Shown: positions 40,691-52,500, counted from the stretch's first letter. The stretch: 64,000 nt of DNA from Glycera tridactyla (GCA_965644265.1 OZ286459.1:144398001-144462000), one strand, 5' to 3'. A program made the numbers and translations. Notes: generated by a model not told the origin, from the letters alone.

Positions 40691-41219
40691 ATCTAGTTTC
40701 CGTATTTCACATGTCTTTTCGCATTTCATCATGGTACATCATGGTATTTCTTTCTCATGCTGGTTGCATGGGCACTGTGATGTTGCATATGACTTGACGT
40801 TGATCCACAATCAATCAATTGCATAGACAACCTTTATCTCACGATTGTTAGTGCTGGTCCCTGAGTTGGTCACTACATATACCGAGACTCGACTGCTTGT
40901 ATCATACAATCATCCAGCAATCTCATTCCCTGTCTTATCTTTCATCTGGCGGCACTGAATTCAAAATCAATACATGAGGTATGGCAAACGTGCCGTCCAA
41001 GATCTGCGATGGTAAGATTANNNNNNNNNNNNNNNNNNNNNNNNNNNNNNNNNNNNNNNNNNNNNNNNNNNNNNNNNNNNNNNNNNNNNNNNNNNNNNNN
41101 NNNNNNNNNNNNNNNNNNNNNNNNNNNNNNNNNNNNNNNNNNNNNNNNNNNNNNNNNNNNNNNNNNNNNNNNTTATAGTGCCCATTAAAAACACGTGCCA
41201 ACTGTGCCAATGGTTTATC

Positions 41220-41540
41220 ACTCATTCATTCATTCATTCATTCATTCATTCATTCATTCGTTCATTCATTCACCCATTCATTCATCCATTCGTTCATTTC
41301 TTTATTTCTTTATTCAACCATCCATTTACGCATTCATTCATTCATTCATTCATTTATCTATATATTTATTAATCTATTTATATGGTCATTTATTTATTCA
41401 TTCATTTATTCATCTATTCATTTATACATTTTACACAATCATTGACTTATCTAATTATCCATTCATCCATTTAACTATTTGTCTATCCATGTATTCATCT
41501 ATTTCTTATCTGAATTCATCCATTCATTCGTTCAATCGAT
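41220..41540. repeat. (TCAT)n degenerate microsatellite
   Basis: Directly visible next to the N gap. Confidence 0.9.
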
Positions 41541-42492
41541 AATTCTCTTTATCATCAACTCATGAAGTCTCGAATAAACCTGCATGGATTTTTTCACGTA
41601 ATTCATATCATCATTTATTCGTCCAGTCATTTATTTATCGAGACCGGCAGATAGGTCGGACAAATAGGAACAGAAAGACATAAAAAGCCCGAATCAGGGT
41701 TAGAAACAGAATCGGAAACACACACAAAAAAGAAAGTAAGAGTGGGGGCGAGGGTCGTGATATGATGATGACGTCACTTTATGGAATCATGGTGATTCTA
41801 AGAGAGATTTGATATATCCTTTTGTGATGCGCTTTATCAAACTTGGATGGACTATTTTTTTAATTTCGAGCTCTTTGTCTGAAGCAAAAGCAGCATGCAT
41901 CGGCGGTTTATTCAGCGCCGATATGATTTCGAGTGCCATGAATGCCCCGCAGAATGCGGGCCTAACTCACTTGTCCACTACTGCTCAACAAGAGCAAGAC
42001 ATGATTTCGAATTGGTACTTTAATTGAAAATGTATTTTATCATGATATCTATGTATCATCCACTGAATGGGATTTAACGCCCACGCGGCATGGCAGTCGA
42101 ATGTAACGCACGCGGACGATACAGGCCCCACTCTCCGTCGGGACGAGCAATCCTAAATAAAGACCACACATCATCCTGACTGGTATTGTCAGAAAAATAG
42201 TTAGCACCAGTTTGAGAACTGGATTTCAACCAGTTGGTTGGTTTGTTAGTTGGCTGTTTTAATCCGGGCTATATTGAGACTTCAATGCAATTGGCATTGG
42301 TGGAATCATTCACAACTCAGTTTTCTTTGTCCCCCAAGGATAGATGAAAATTAACGAAATTCACAGCCACTCAAGGTTTGTTAGGTAATGACTGAATGTC
42401 GTATGACTGTATCTTACTGACTGCCACTTGGTGAAAGACGTCAATCCCCTGACCTCTCCACGTTGATTCAAATTACAAGTATCTTATCTTAC

Positions 42493-42642
42493 CTGATGAC
42501 TGGCAGTCTTTCGAATAGGCAGCATAGTGTAGACCAAGAGGGCACTCCTCGATGCAGTCCCCCTTGTAGGCCAGAAAAGGCGGCCGGCAACGGGTACAGT
42601 AGTCCGCCCCCACACACGAGTCACAGTTACCTACTGAACAAC
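42493..42642 (-). CDS. RSPO: R-spondin-like gene, furin-like repeat 2 exon
   Basis: CSVGNCDSCVGADYCTRCRPPFLAYKGDCIEECPLG...C; TTGCAG| acceptor, |GTAAGA donor, 150 nt, phase 1-1. Confidence 0.92.
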
Positions 42643-43155
42643 CTGCAATAGGCAAATACACCAGTTATATGCTTGGCTGGTCTATATCGAGACGCCCATG
42701 TTTGTTGATCGCATGGTTATTTGACGGCTCGTGAACACCGTCTAAGCTATATTATGACCCCCATGCAATGGGTATAGGTGGTTGGATGGTTGGATAGTTC
42801 TTTGTTTTGAGTCTACTGGCCATCGGCTGGGATATCTTGAGACGTGTATGCAATGGACACATGATATATGAAATTCACTGGCACTATAGATGTCATTTCT
42901 GACACGCATATTAGACAGGCATACAGTCAGATTTCTCGTTTTGTCCCACCCATCAGCGGATTTGAACGGGGAGTGTCACGATTTGGGTTGGCCAGTTCGG
43001 TGCTTGGTTATTTGAGTGGCTGATTGAGGACTTTTGAGCACCAACTAGGTTGTATGGACATGCCTATGTAATGGGCATAGGTGGGACCATTCAAGACTAC
43101 TCCTTCTTGAGTTCCAACGGAAGATGAAATTCACCGACACCAAGCGTGCCATTTC

Positions 43156-43263
43156 TAACTCAGCATATACTATGGTGGTCAGGTGCGGCATTAACTCAGC
43201 ATATACTATGGTGGTCAGGTGCGGCATTAACTCAGCATATACTATGGTGGTCAGGTGCGGCAT
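43156..43263. repeat. 36-bp tandem repeat x3
   Basis: TAACTCAGCATATACTATGGTGGTCAGGTGCGGCAT x3. Confidence 0.95.
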
Positions 43264-45462
43264 TGAGGAGAGTCTGGAATTAAAAGAGTCTCCTCGAGTT
43301 CTCATTTATCCCACCCATCAGCGGATCGAGATTTTGGCCAGGTTGATTGATTGTTTGACTGGCTGGTTGGTCAATATATCTATGCAATGGACATAGGTGG
43401 GATCCTTTAAGATTTCTCACATAGAAAGATGAAGTGCTGTGAGGCATAGGATGTGTACTCTCAGACTAGAGTCTCTAATAGTCGTTTATCCATGTGTAAC
43501 GCAACAATACACACCGGGGAAACATAGCGTCAAAATTGAACAAACCACCAACCATGCATCCATTCACGAATGCGTATTGTAGTAGCGGACCTGTAGATGT
43601 ATGCCTGGGGTCGACATCGATATTCTTCCAGTGTCTCTAGCACGTGCCCAGATTGGCGGCCAACACTGGGTCAATGACCGGACCATCTCTAACATGGATG
43701 ACCAAATGATAAACTGGCCTGGCTGTCAGCTGATGTCAGCATCTTTGACAGCGAAGTATGAAAGGACAAATGACAAAAATAACAGGAGCTAATTCACCAA
43801 CGTCGCAGAAGTAATTATCATCACGCACACTTTCCGCTATCCGTCTCTCTGCCCCAGCTTCTGTATCTTCCTGTCTTTCTGTCTATCTCTCCTGGCCTCT
43901 GCACTTGTCTGTCTGACTATCTGTCTGTCTACATTTCTCCCCCCCCCTTCCCCTCTCTCTCTCCTACCACTCTCCCGCTCCATGGCTCTCACTCTCTCCA
44001 TCTCTTCGAACCGTCTCGATCCATCTCTGTCCAGCTTCCCCCTACCTCTACTTTGTTTGTCTGTATATTTGTCTGTCTGTCTGCCTGTACGTTTCTCTCC
44101 TTTCCTCGTCCCTCTATATCCCCATCTGTCTCTCCCCTCCCCTACTTCTCTCTTTCTCTCTGTCTCTTTGTTTCCCCCGTCGCTGTTTTTCGGTCCCTGT
44201 CCCAGCCTCTGCAGCTAGCTGCCTGTCCCCTACTCATCGAGAGCTTATCGAAGCAATTAGATATGCCTCCAACAAAAATCAATCTTGCTGTGTCAGAAAA
44301 ATCATCTGCCCAGATCGAGAAACTCTCCTTCAGGTATTTCCATTATCTGTGTGAAATATATGATATCTCACTAGAAGCATGAGCAGCGATGAATACGGCA
44401 GGTGATACCATGAAGGGCGTCACTTTTGATTTTTGCCGGAAATCCGGTTTGTAGAGCCTGCATCAAGATTTGCTTTCTAGGAATATTTGTACCGGATATT
44501 GGACGCCTCACATACTTCAGTCACGTGGGAAATTGACCTGGCCCGAAACAGCATTATCCCCACTGATCCCTTTGTCAAGTGTACGGTGGAGAATCGTTCG
44601 ACAATCAGGAGAAATGCAAGAACCGTTTTTAATGACAATATTTTTTCCATTTCCCGTCACCTCCAGAGAGAGATCGTCGGGAGAGCAAGACCAGTTCCAT
44701 CATCGATTTAATATATTTTGATCCACTTCAAGATGATATCCGCACCAGTGCCAGTGAATTTGCTATTATATTTTCACCTCCAGTGGGGACCAAGAAGTAG
44801 GAGTCTTGAATGATTCCCCCGAAAGGCCTTCCGGTTGGTTTAAAGCGCCATCCGTATTGTATGGACATTCCATGTTATACCTCCATAGAATATTATCATA
44901 GTATCTTCATCATTCGGGCATCACAGGAAAGCAAGGTATCACAGGAAATTACGATGGATTGAATATTTAATTATCAAAGATGACAGTCTTTCCAACATAT
45001 TCGGCATTTTGATAATTGGATGGAATTTTAATTCAGTATTTGCAGCAGTCTGTCTCGGAATTCAAAAATGATTGTTATGAGAGTAATATGGGGTATTTTT
45101 CCAACGAATTTGCTTCACAATATTGACATTTTTGGATTATTAGATCACCGAAAACAATAATCCACTGGTAATGGTTTAATATAATATGATATCCATACAA
45201 AAGATATGGGAATAGATCATTTGAACCCCAACCTTTTGGGTTCTCAGTCGTAGGTGCAACTTGAGTTCACGTGAAGTTTGGAATAAATGGGAGGTGATGG
45301 GAGAGGAGTGTACTTTCTAGCAGAAGAATACATAATTTTTTTAGTCCAAACGATCACCAGCATGTCTGATCAACAGCTTGGTTTCTCTCATTTTGGTGTT
45401 CGGTCAATCCACAGTTTAATTACTGAAGAGCATGGGTTCAGTTGTGGAGTATAGCAAGAAAT

Positions 45463-45596
45463 CATGGGGTGTTGTCCTGACAAGTTATACACCATGAGGT
45501 GTGTATTGTCCGTATAATTCACGAGGCCGAAGGCCGAGTGGATTATACCAACAATACACTCCGAGTGGTGTATAACTGTTGGGACAATACCCCATG
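45463..45596. repeat. 134-bp imperfect palindrome centred on GGCC-GAA-GGCC
   Basis: Paired segments CATGGGGT/ACCCCATG, AGTTATACACCA/TGGTGTATAACT and GTGTATTGT/ACAATACAC. Confidence 0.85.
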
Positions 45597-46130
45597 GTGT
45601 CTCGCTTATATACCACGATTTAGCATGCTTATTGAAGGCTGTTAGCTTATTGGAGTTGAACTTAGTTTATTTGTTGATCCCATTTATCCCATCATGGACC
45701 CCATTATGAAACATATGGGAGTTACAATATATAACAAACATGAACAAATAAGCCGAAACTCTTAAAGTAGTCTTGTCGAACCAGGCGGATCATAGGGAAT
45801 CCATCAATGTATTATTTATCTATGTAGCAACTAAGTTTATGAAATGCAATTGAAAATTGAATGGATCGGGAATCCTTTCAGAGGCATAAACTTAGCCAGA
45901 TGAGCCGACATGCCGAACCGTGTCTATTTCCAAGGGGATCCATTTAAAGCCGCCGCCGCGGACACAGTGGTCCCGACGAGTTATATTCAACACCCCTATA
46001 TTCAAGCCATCCCCGCACTAATCGTGGTATATAAAGATGGGAAACTTTTACAATCCGATCCCAATTGCACGACACCGTGGGGAGCGGATGTATTCGCGCG
46101 ATATACAGGCGGCCTGACAAGGCACACCCG

Positions 46131-46203
46131 TGGCGATGATCAGGCTCGAACCCGGCTACGTTGACATTGAAGTCGAGCACCTTACACGATCGGCCACCGC
46201 GGC
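46131..46203 (-). other. 73-nt tRNA-like Pol III module 1 (not a functional tRNA)
   Basis: A-box-like TGGCCGATCGTG and B-box GGTTCGAGCC at canonical tRNA spacing; acceptor, anticodon and T stems pair poorly. Confidence 0.6.
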
Positions 46204-46497
46204 ATCTCGATTACGTCATCGTTGGAACTTCTAGTCTTTCAGCGCGAGTAATAAATTATGTTAATGAGGTGAAACCAGAAACGGAAATACTAGTGGCGCC
46301 ATTTACTACACGACGTGACTATGGTGGACAGAATGTGAACTAAACATCGCCACCGGTCCGGAGATCGTTTGCTCCACAAAACCTATGTTTTTCTCGATAA
46401 ATACAACCTGCAGGGCATACATATGATGAATAAAGAAACGTTTCTCATTAATCAACATGAAATACTACAAAATGAGTCCAAAACAACGAAAAATCAG

Positions 46498-46570
46498 TGG
46501 CAGCATAAGGATTCGAACCCGGGAAGGGCTATACACGAGGCGAGCACGCTACCGACTGAGCCACCGGGGC
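46498..46570 (-). other. 73-nt tRNA-like Pol III module 2, followed by T5
   Basis: A-box TGGCTCAGTCGG and B-box GGTTCGAATCC at canonical spacing; TTTTT 4 nt downstream; stems degenerate. Confidence 0.65.
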
Positions 46571-46913
46571 AGCGAGAATTCGGCGATTTTTTGTCATGAC
46601 TATATACATGCTTCTGACCTGAGAAACGCAGTCGCCGATAATCGTGATCTTTCGCTGACGAATGAAACAAATCAAACGTTTTAAAGCCATAAATGATCGT
46701 GTTAACCTGCGAAAATTGTCGAGAGATGTGTAAAGCTAGCCGCCATCATTAAAATCTGCAGCGCGCATGCTCGAAAATAATTCCGTATCCGGTCGAACTA
46801 GGTGCCGAAAACCGATCGGACATTGACCTGAAGGAAGACGGCGAAAGACATCGTTAATAAACGAACGTGACGTCATCGCGTCTTATCGTATCCGCACATC
46901 GTCTGCAATCAAA

Positions 46914-48084
46914 ATGGCGGCGACAGAGAGGAGTTTTAGTCTGTTCAGCGATGACAGTGACTTCGAGAGCCCTGTGGCCCCCAAAAAGAAGAGGATTCTG
47001 TGTGAGAGGAACAAAGTGGTGGAAGACAAGGAGAATGTAGGAGGAAAATCAACAAAGAGCATCGGTATCCAGGCAGGGCCATCAAGAGGAAGTTACAAGA
47101 GAGGAGAACTGAAGACAAATGGTCACATCACATACAGGCAGCTGATTCTCAACATAACTTCATCGAAGGACAGCACCATCAGCTTCCTTATGGACGAGGA
47201 CTGTATTCCAAAGTCACGTAAATGCCACGTTTGCAGTGAGAAGATGACATTGACGGCAGTATCAGATAAAAGGACCAGTGACACCTACATGTGGCGCTGT
47301 TGGAGCAGAAGAAGTGACCTCAAACATGACGTATGGCTGTCCATAAGGCACGGAACTTGGTTCGGACAATCGAATTTAACCCTAGAAGAGATCCTGGAGC
47401 TCACCTACCTTTGGACACTTGGGACTTCGCAAACACAAATGGCAAAACAGATCGAGGGCCTGTCATCAAAAACCACTGAGCAGTTTTTGCCGCGAGATGG
47501 TCGAGGAGTCCATGTTACAGGAGACAGAGAGCGGCAAGCAGATTGGAGGGAAGGACGTAATCGTGGAGATCGATGAAAGCAAGTTCTCCAAGCGAAAGTA
47601 TCATCGAGGACGGAGTATGAAAGGAGGATGGGTGTTTGGAGGACGAGAAAGGGAGGACAAGTCAGCAATGTTTGTCGTGGCTGTTCCCGACAGGACGGAG
47701 AAGACGTTGGTCGGCATTCTGAAGAAGTATGTGGCGCCAGGGACTCTGATTATATCAGACTGCTGGAAAGGTTACATCAATCTCGAAAGTGAAGGATATC
47801 AGCATCTGACGGTGAATCATTCGAAGTGTTTTAAAGATCCGGATACTGGAGCACACACCAATTCAATCGAGGGGATGTGGCAGAAAATGAAGTATGGAGA
47901 GCACATGCCACAGTACAGAAATGTATCCGAAGAACATCTACCAGGCTACCTTGCGAGCTTTATGTGGCGCGAAAAGAACTTCACCAAGGATCTTTTCATG
48001 CAGTTTCTCCATGATGCAGCCTTGGTGTACAGGGGGGAGTGTGCGTCTGACAAGTGCGCTCACTGCCACAACTCCGCAGAATAA
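46914..48084 (+). mobile_element. Merlin / IS1595 (ISXO2-like) DDE transposase with one frameshift near 47478
   Basis: PKKKR NLS, Cys motif CHVC...WRC, catalytic VEIDESKF / ISDCWKGY / HTNSIEGMW, GGWVFGG, TVNHS. Split over ORFs 46914-47576 and 47419-48084. TIRs not located. Confidence 0.9.
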
Positions 48085-49642
48085 TCAGTTCATATGGCCC
48101 CCCCCCCCCCGACTGTACGTATGTTATGTTGGACGTTGCCGACGTTTTTGTATTATAATATTGACATTGCTATATCACGGATGAGACCATGTACAACTGG
48201 AAAAGACAAGCAACCATGCCTGGATATGACAACTAACCAATACCGGCTATGACAAACAACATGTTCTATCAAAGAAAGTCACAAGGTAAGTCAATTTCTT
48301 CATTAATGTTGTAAGTAAGTTTCCTCCCCCCCCCCCCCTGATCTCCAACACTTCACGACTTAAAACAGCCATCATCCTATCCATTTCAACAACAGTGTAC
48401 CAATTTATCAATTTTTGTTTCTTGTTTTACTTTCGGAGATCAGTCCAACCTGAGTACTAAATTGTATTCAACATCCCATCATTATTGACCATTAGATAGC
48501 CATTTATATCAAGATTTCGGTTTATGTTTCTTGTTTTACGTTCGGTGTTCAGTCCAACCTGATGCTTATTCTTTTTTCATTTTTAATTCCACTACCACTT
48601 CCGGTCAAGATGGCGGCGCACCTGTCGAACAAAAAATCGCCGACAACCAACAAAAAATCGCATAAATCACATATATAGAGGGGAGTTTCACCATGAAACA
48701 CGGTATTTGTCTGATTTAAACACTATTCGTCATGATTTGAGTGAGTTTTGTAATCGCGTACATTTAGCGATATAAATCAGAAGTGGGATCGAATTGTAAA
48801 GTTCAGCCATAAAGATAACTTCCCCAACCCTCACATCATATGCGATCGTCAGGCATTCAATGTGAGAGACCTTATCAAGAAGAAGACTTTCCTGGTCTTG
48901 ACGGCGCAGAGTCTGAGAAGGTAGGTAAAGATGCGAGGTAAAGACTGTCTAGACATAATGGTTTGTAAAAGGCTCATTTTTCAATTGGGCGGAATGGGTC
49001 ACTTTTATTGAGGGTGTAGTTGTAACGTTTTCGCATTTAAGTAAACCCTCTTGTGCTGTGGGAGCCAGCACATGGCAGGACACCACGGGGAAGGCCACAG
49101 CTCACATACACCGAGTTGCTGATATGAAGAACTAGGCATGTATGCCGAAAAAGGATGCTTGGTGACACACATCTCTTCTGCTGGTGAGTGTCACAGAAAA
49201 CATTCATCCAGTCCACCAGCTGCTCACTGCTCATTGGCCGGGATGGGGATATCTTACTCTCAAAACCCAATCATTAAACCTGTGAATTTCGCTCATGAAT
49301 CACTGAATCATACCATCAAATGCTGTAATGCCTCTCAAGATTGAAATGCTCCAATGTATACCAATAATGGGCAATGAAACATCAGTTTGAAATGAACAGA
49401 AACAAGTAGAGAGTATTCATATCATTGGGGGTGTCAAACCTGATAAATCATGAGCTGGCAAGAAATTTATAGAAGTAGAAGCCATTTTCTCGGAAGATAA
49501 ACTGATAAAGAGCTATCCAAGTAATCTATGCAAAGCAGACAGGCTTTCACAACAGCCATACAAGATTTCAGGGGAATCGGAGCAGTTTATTACTCTCAAT
49601 CGGCTACCCCAAAAAATGTCAAAATATGTTCCATTTTTTCAT

Positions 49643-49990
49643 CTACACTGCAGTCCCAAACAAGAGTGATAAGAAGGATGCCTGCGAGGCAGGCATCCTT
49701 AAAAACACAGGCTGTACCAACACCACAGAGCTACAGATTGCCATGGTCAATAGGGATGTCAATAGGGATGTATGCACCGATTTGGGAACAGGAAATAATA
49801 GCCCCAGGTTGGAGTTGGTGCAATGACGAGTGATTTCATGGCAGCCACAAAAATGACCCTCCTCAGCAAAGACAGCAACTAACCAACCAGTCCCGACGTT
49901 ATGGATATTTCTCACCAGTACATGACGTCTACAGCACAATTCTAAGAATGTTCCAGTTTACTAGTACACAAGAAATGCACACAAGTTGTA
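49643..49990 (-). pseudogene. Possible degraded rhodopsin-like GPCR fragment (TM1/2 to TM3/4)
   Basis: Eroded resemblance: LVRNIHNVGTGWLVAV (ICL1/TM2-like) and TSLLTMAICSSVVLVQP (TM3-like). No intact DRY motif. Confidence 0.3.
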
Positions 49991-50099
49991 GTCTTGATCG
50001 ACTCGATTATCGAAGGTGAAAACAAGCCCTGGTCACCACTTATGAAATATTTCATGATAAGACCCTTGAATTGAGCCCACTATATACTTTGTATCGACC

Positions 50100-50358
50100 A
50101 CAATTATTGTATCTCACATTTCTTAAATTAGAGTACTTTCCACACAATTACTTCCCTACTCACATGTGACTACCCTCCGACGATATCACTATATAAATCA
50201 CTCATCTGCATTTCATCTGTATTTAGTCATCATGGTTCTATGTGATGTGAATATATTCTTGTTCTTTACTAACCCTTGTCGAATCTACCATATAAGCCCA
50301 GCTTATTGAGCACACATGTTTTACTGTACATCGTTGAATAAAGTATTCTTATTCTTAT
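50100..50358 (+). mobile_element. LINE/SINE-type 3' end abutting the RSPO Fu1 splice donor
   Basis: AATAAA at 50337 followed by a (TTCTTA)n tail ending within a few nt of the donor at 50363-64. The left boundary is uncertain. Confidence 0.4.
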
Positions 50359-50364
50359 ACTTAC

Positions 50365-50574
50365 GCTGGCACATACTGTATTGGTGTGAATATCGCACCC
50401 CATAATATCCATCAGGACAGGAGTGCACACAGAATCCCTTTTGTCTCATGCCGCCGGCGGAGGCTGTGGACGAGTGGAGAAGGAGGTATAGTCGTGGTTG
50501 ACACGTTACACAACGGTTGATCTCGGAACAGCTGGCACATCCTCGGGGACACAGTGGATGGTTACCAATTATCG
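50365..50574 (-). CDS. RSPO: R-spondin-like gene, furin-like repeat 1 exon (absent from the ORF track)
   Basis: Manual translation IIGNHPLCPRGCASCSEINRCVTCQPRLYLLLHSSTASAGGMRQKGFCVHSCPDGYYGVRYSHQYSMCQ matches the RSPO Fu1 Cys pattern and MRQxG. TTGCAG| acceptor, |GTAAGT donor, 210 nt, phase 1-1. Confidence 0.92.
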
Positions 50575-50596
50575 CTGCAACAGAGGAACGAAATCA

Positions 50597-51700
50597 CCGT
50601 TATAACTCAGGGATGGTGTCTGATGATCGTTAAAACACAATAGCAAAGTCATCGCTATGACGCAAGGATGATGTCTGATGTTCGTTAAAACACAATAGCA
50701 AAGTCATTTATTGACGCAAGGATGGTGTCTGGAGTTCGTTAAAACACAATAGCAAAGTCATTTATTGACGCAAGGATGGTGTCTGGAGTTCGTTAAAACA
50801 CAATAGCAAAGTCATCGTTATGACCCAAGGATGGTGTCTGATGATCGTTGAAACACAATAGCAAAGTCATCATTATGGCGCAAGGACGGTGTCTAATGAT
50901 TGTTGAAACACAATAGCGAAGTCATCGTTATGATGCAAGGATGGCGTCTGGTGATCCTTAAAAACACAATAGCGAAGTCATCGTTATGATGCAAAGATGG
51001 TGTCTGGTGATCGTTAAAACACAATAGCAAAGTCAATGTTATGTCCCAAGGATGGTGTCTGATGATCGTTAAAACACAATAGCAAAATCATCGTTATGAC
51101 CCAAGGATGGTGTCTGGTGATTGTTAAAACACAATAGCAAAATCATCGTTATGATGCAGGGATGGTGTCTGGTGATCGTTAAAACACAATAGCAAAATCA
51201 TCGTTATGACACACAGGTGGTTTCTGATGATCGTTAAAACACATGAGCAAAATCATCGTTATGACCCAAGGATGGTGGATGTTGATTATCAAGACATAAT
51301 AAGGAATCCATCATTATGACTGATGGATGGCAGCCGAAGTTTGCTAAAACACAATAGTAAGAAGATCCTTAAGACTGAAGGATGTTGATGATTACTCAAT
51401 AGCAATTTCGTCGCTATAACTCAAAGATAATGGTTGATGATTGCTAAATCACAATAAAAAACCATCGCTATAACTCAAAGATGCAGCTCGATGATCTTAA
51501 GAACAAAATAGTAAATCCCTTATTTTAACGCAAGGATGATGGCTGGTGAGATACAATAGTAAAATCATTATAATATCTCAAGTGTGGTGGCCAACGATCA
51601 CTATAACACAATGATATACTGATCATCATCATTGAGACTGATGATTACTAAAACACAATGACATTTTCAATGCTGAAATTTAAAGATGATGGCCTATGAT
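50597..51700. repeat. 54-55-bp minisatellite, about 12 good plus about 7 decayed units
   Basis: Unit approximately CAAGGATGGTGTCTGATGATCGTTAAAACACAATAGCAAAGTCATCGTTATGACC; starts at 50611, 50666, 50720, 50774, 50829... Confidence 0.93.
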
Positions 51701-52369
51701 AACCTTTAGGTATAGTGGAGACTATCTTTGTGCCTTAATGATCGTCGGCCACCACCCAATACCTGCGCGAGAAGTCTCCAAATGACAGTGTGAGTAAATG
51801 AATGCAAGTGCTGTGAATTGGTCGCTTGTATCACAACTTACAGATCTGTGTTACTTGAAGCCATCAAATGCTGTCTTTCATCAGCAATATGAATAAAACA
51901 ATAGTGTAAAGTGCAGCGCGGTGATTGTCCTGCGCTGTCAATGCAAATCGTGTTTGTACGGAAGACAAATATGAACTTGAAGATTGTACCATCCCAGCAA
52001 ACACATAACATTTTTTCAAGGTCATGAAAGCGTCTTTTTCAAACATTCATCATTGACATCATTAAAGCATTAGTTCAATGGTATGGAAAAAAATATTCAA
52101 AGACGTCATCAGGAGATTTTCATGCCAATGTTTACACGAAACGTTGAAGAATCATTTTGTGAACGTCGTTAGAAACACCAAGTGCATCTAAAATGTTTGC
52201 ATGAATTATGTTCCATGACGTTAAGGAAATCACTATCACAAGTGCAGAATCGAACAGTGATACCGGGATATTCTCAAAACGTTTGCCTAATATCTCAATT
52301 CAATTTTGGATTCAGATTTTGTGAAACTGTCAGAGAGATGTCACCCAGTGCTTGTATGAGATATCCCAG

Positions 52370-52500
52370 TGGCCAAGTGGTTAAGGTAGTCACCTCTCAT
52401 GTTATTCAACTGGGTTCGAGTAACTCCACTATAGGGAGGTTTCACAATCTGCGTGACCCTTAGGAAATCGCTCTCAGCGATTATGATGTCGCTGTGAAAA
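52370..52500 (+). mobile_element. tRNA-headed SINE-like remnant
   Basis: A-box GTGGCCAAGTGGTTAAGG and B-box-like GGGTTCGAGT; no complete cloverleaf. Confidence 0.5.

Noticed and set aside
46131-46203. Selenocysteine or opal-suppressor tRNA (TCA at the anticodon position)
   Set aside because: Acceptor, anticodon and T stems are largely unpaired, and there is no long variable arm or extended acceptor stem.
45847-48990. CAATTGAAAA(T/A)TGA inverted match as Merlin TIRs
   Set aside because: Short, AT-rich, does not extend, and no 8-9-bp TSD is seen.
50611-51280. Hammerhead-like order CTGATGA...GAAAC...GTC in some 55-bp units
   Set aside because: Only 5 nt (TCGTT) lie between CTGATGA and GAAA with no stem II pair. 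Most units have TAAAAC instead of GAAAC, and stem I does not pair.
38878-51700. Tandem arrays as CRISPR arrays
   Set aside because: Units are head-to-tail with no unique spacers, there are no cas genes, and the context is eukaryotic.
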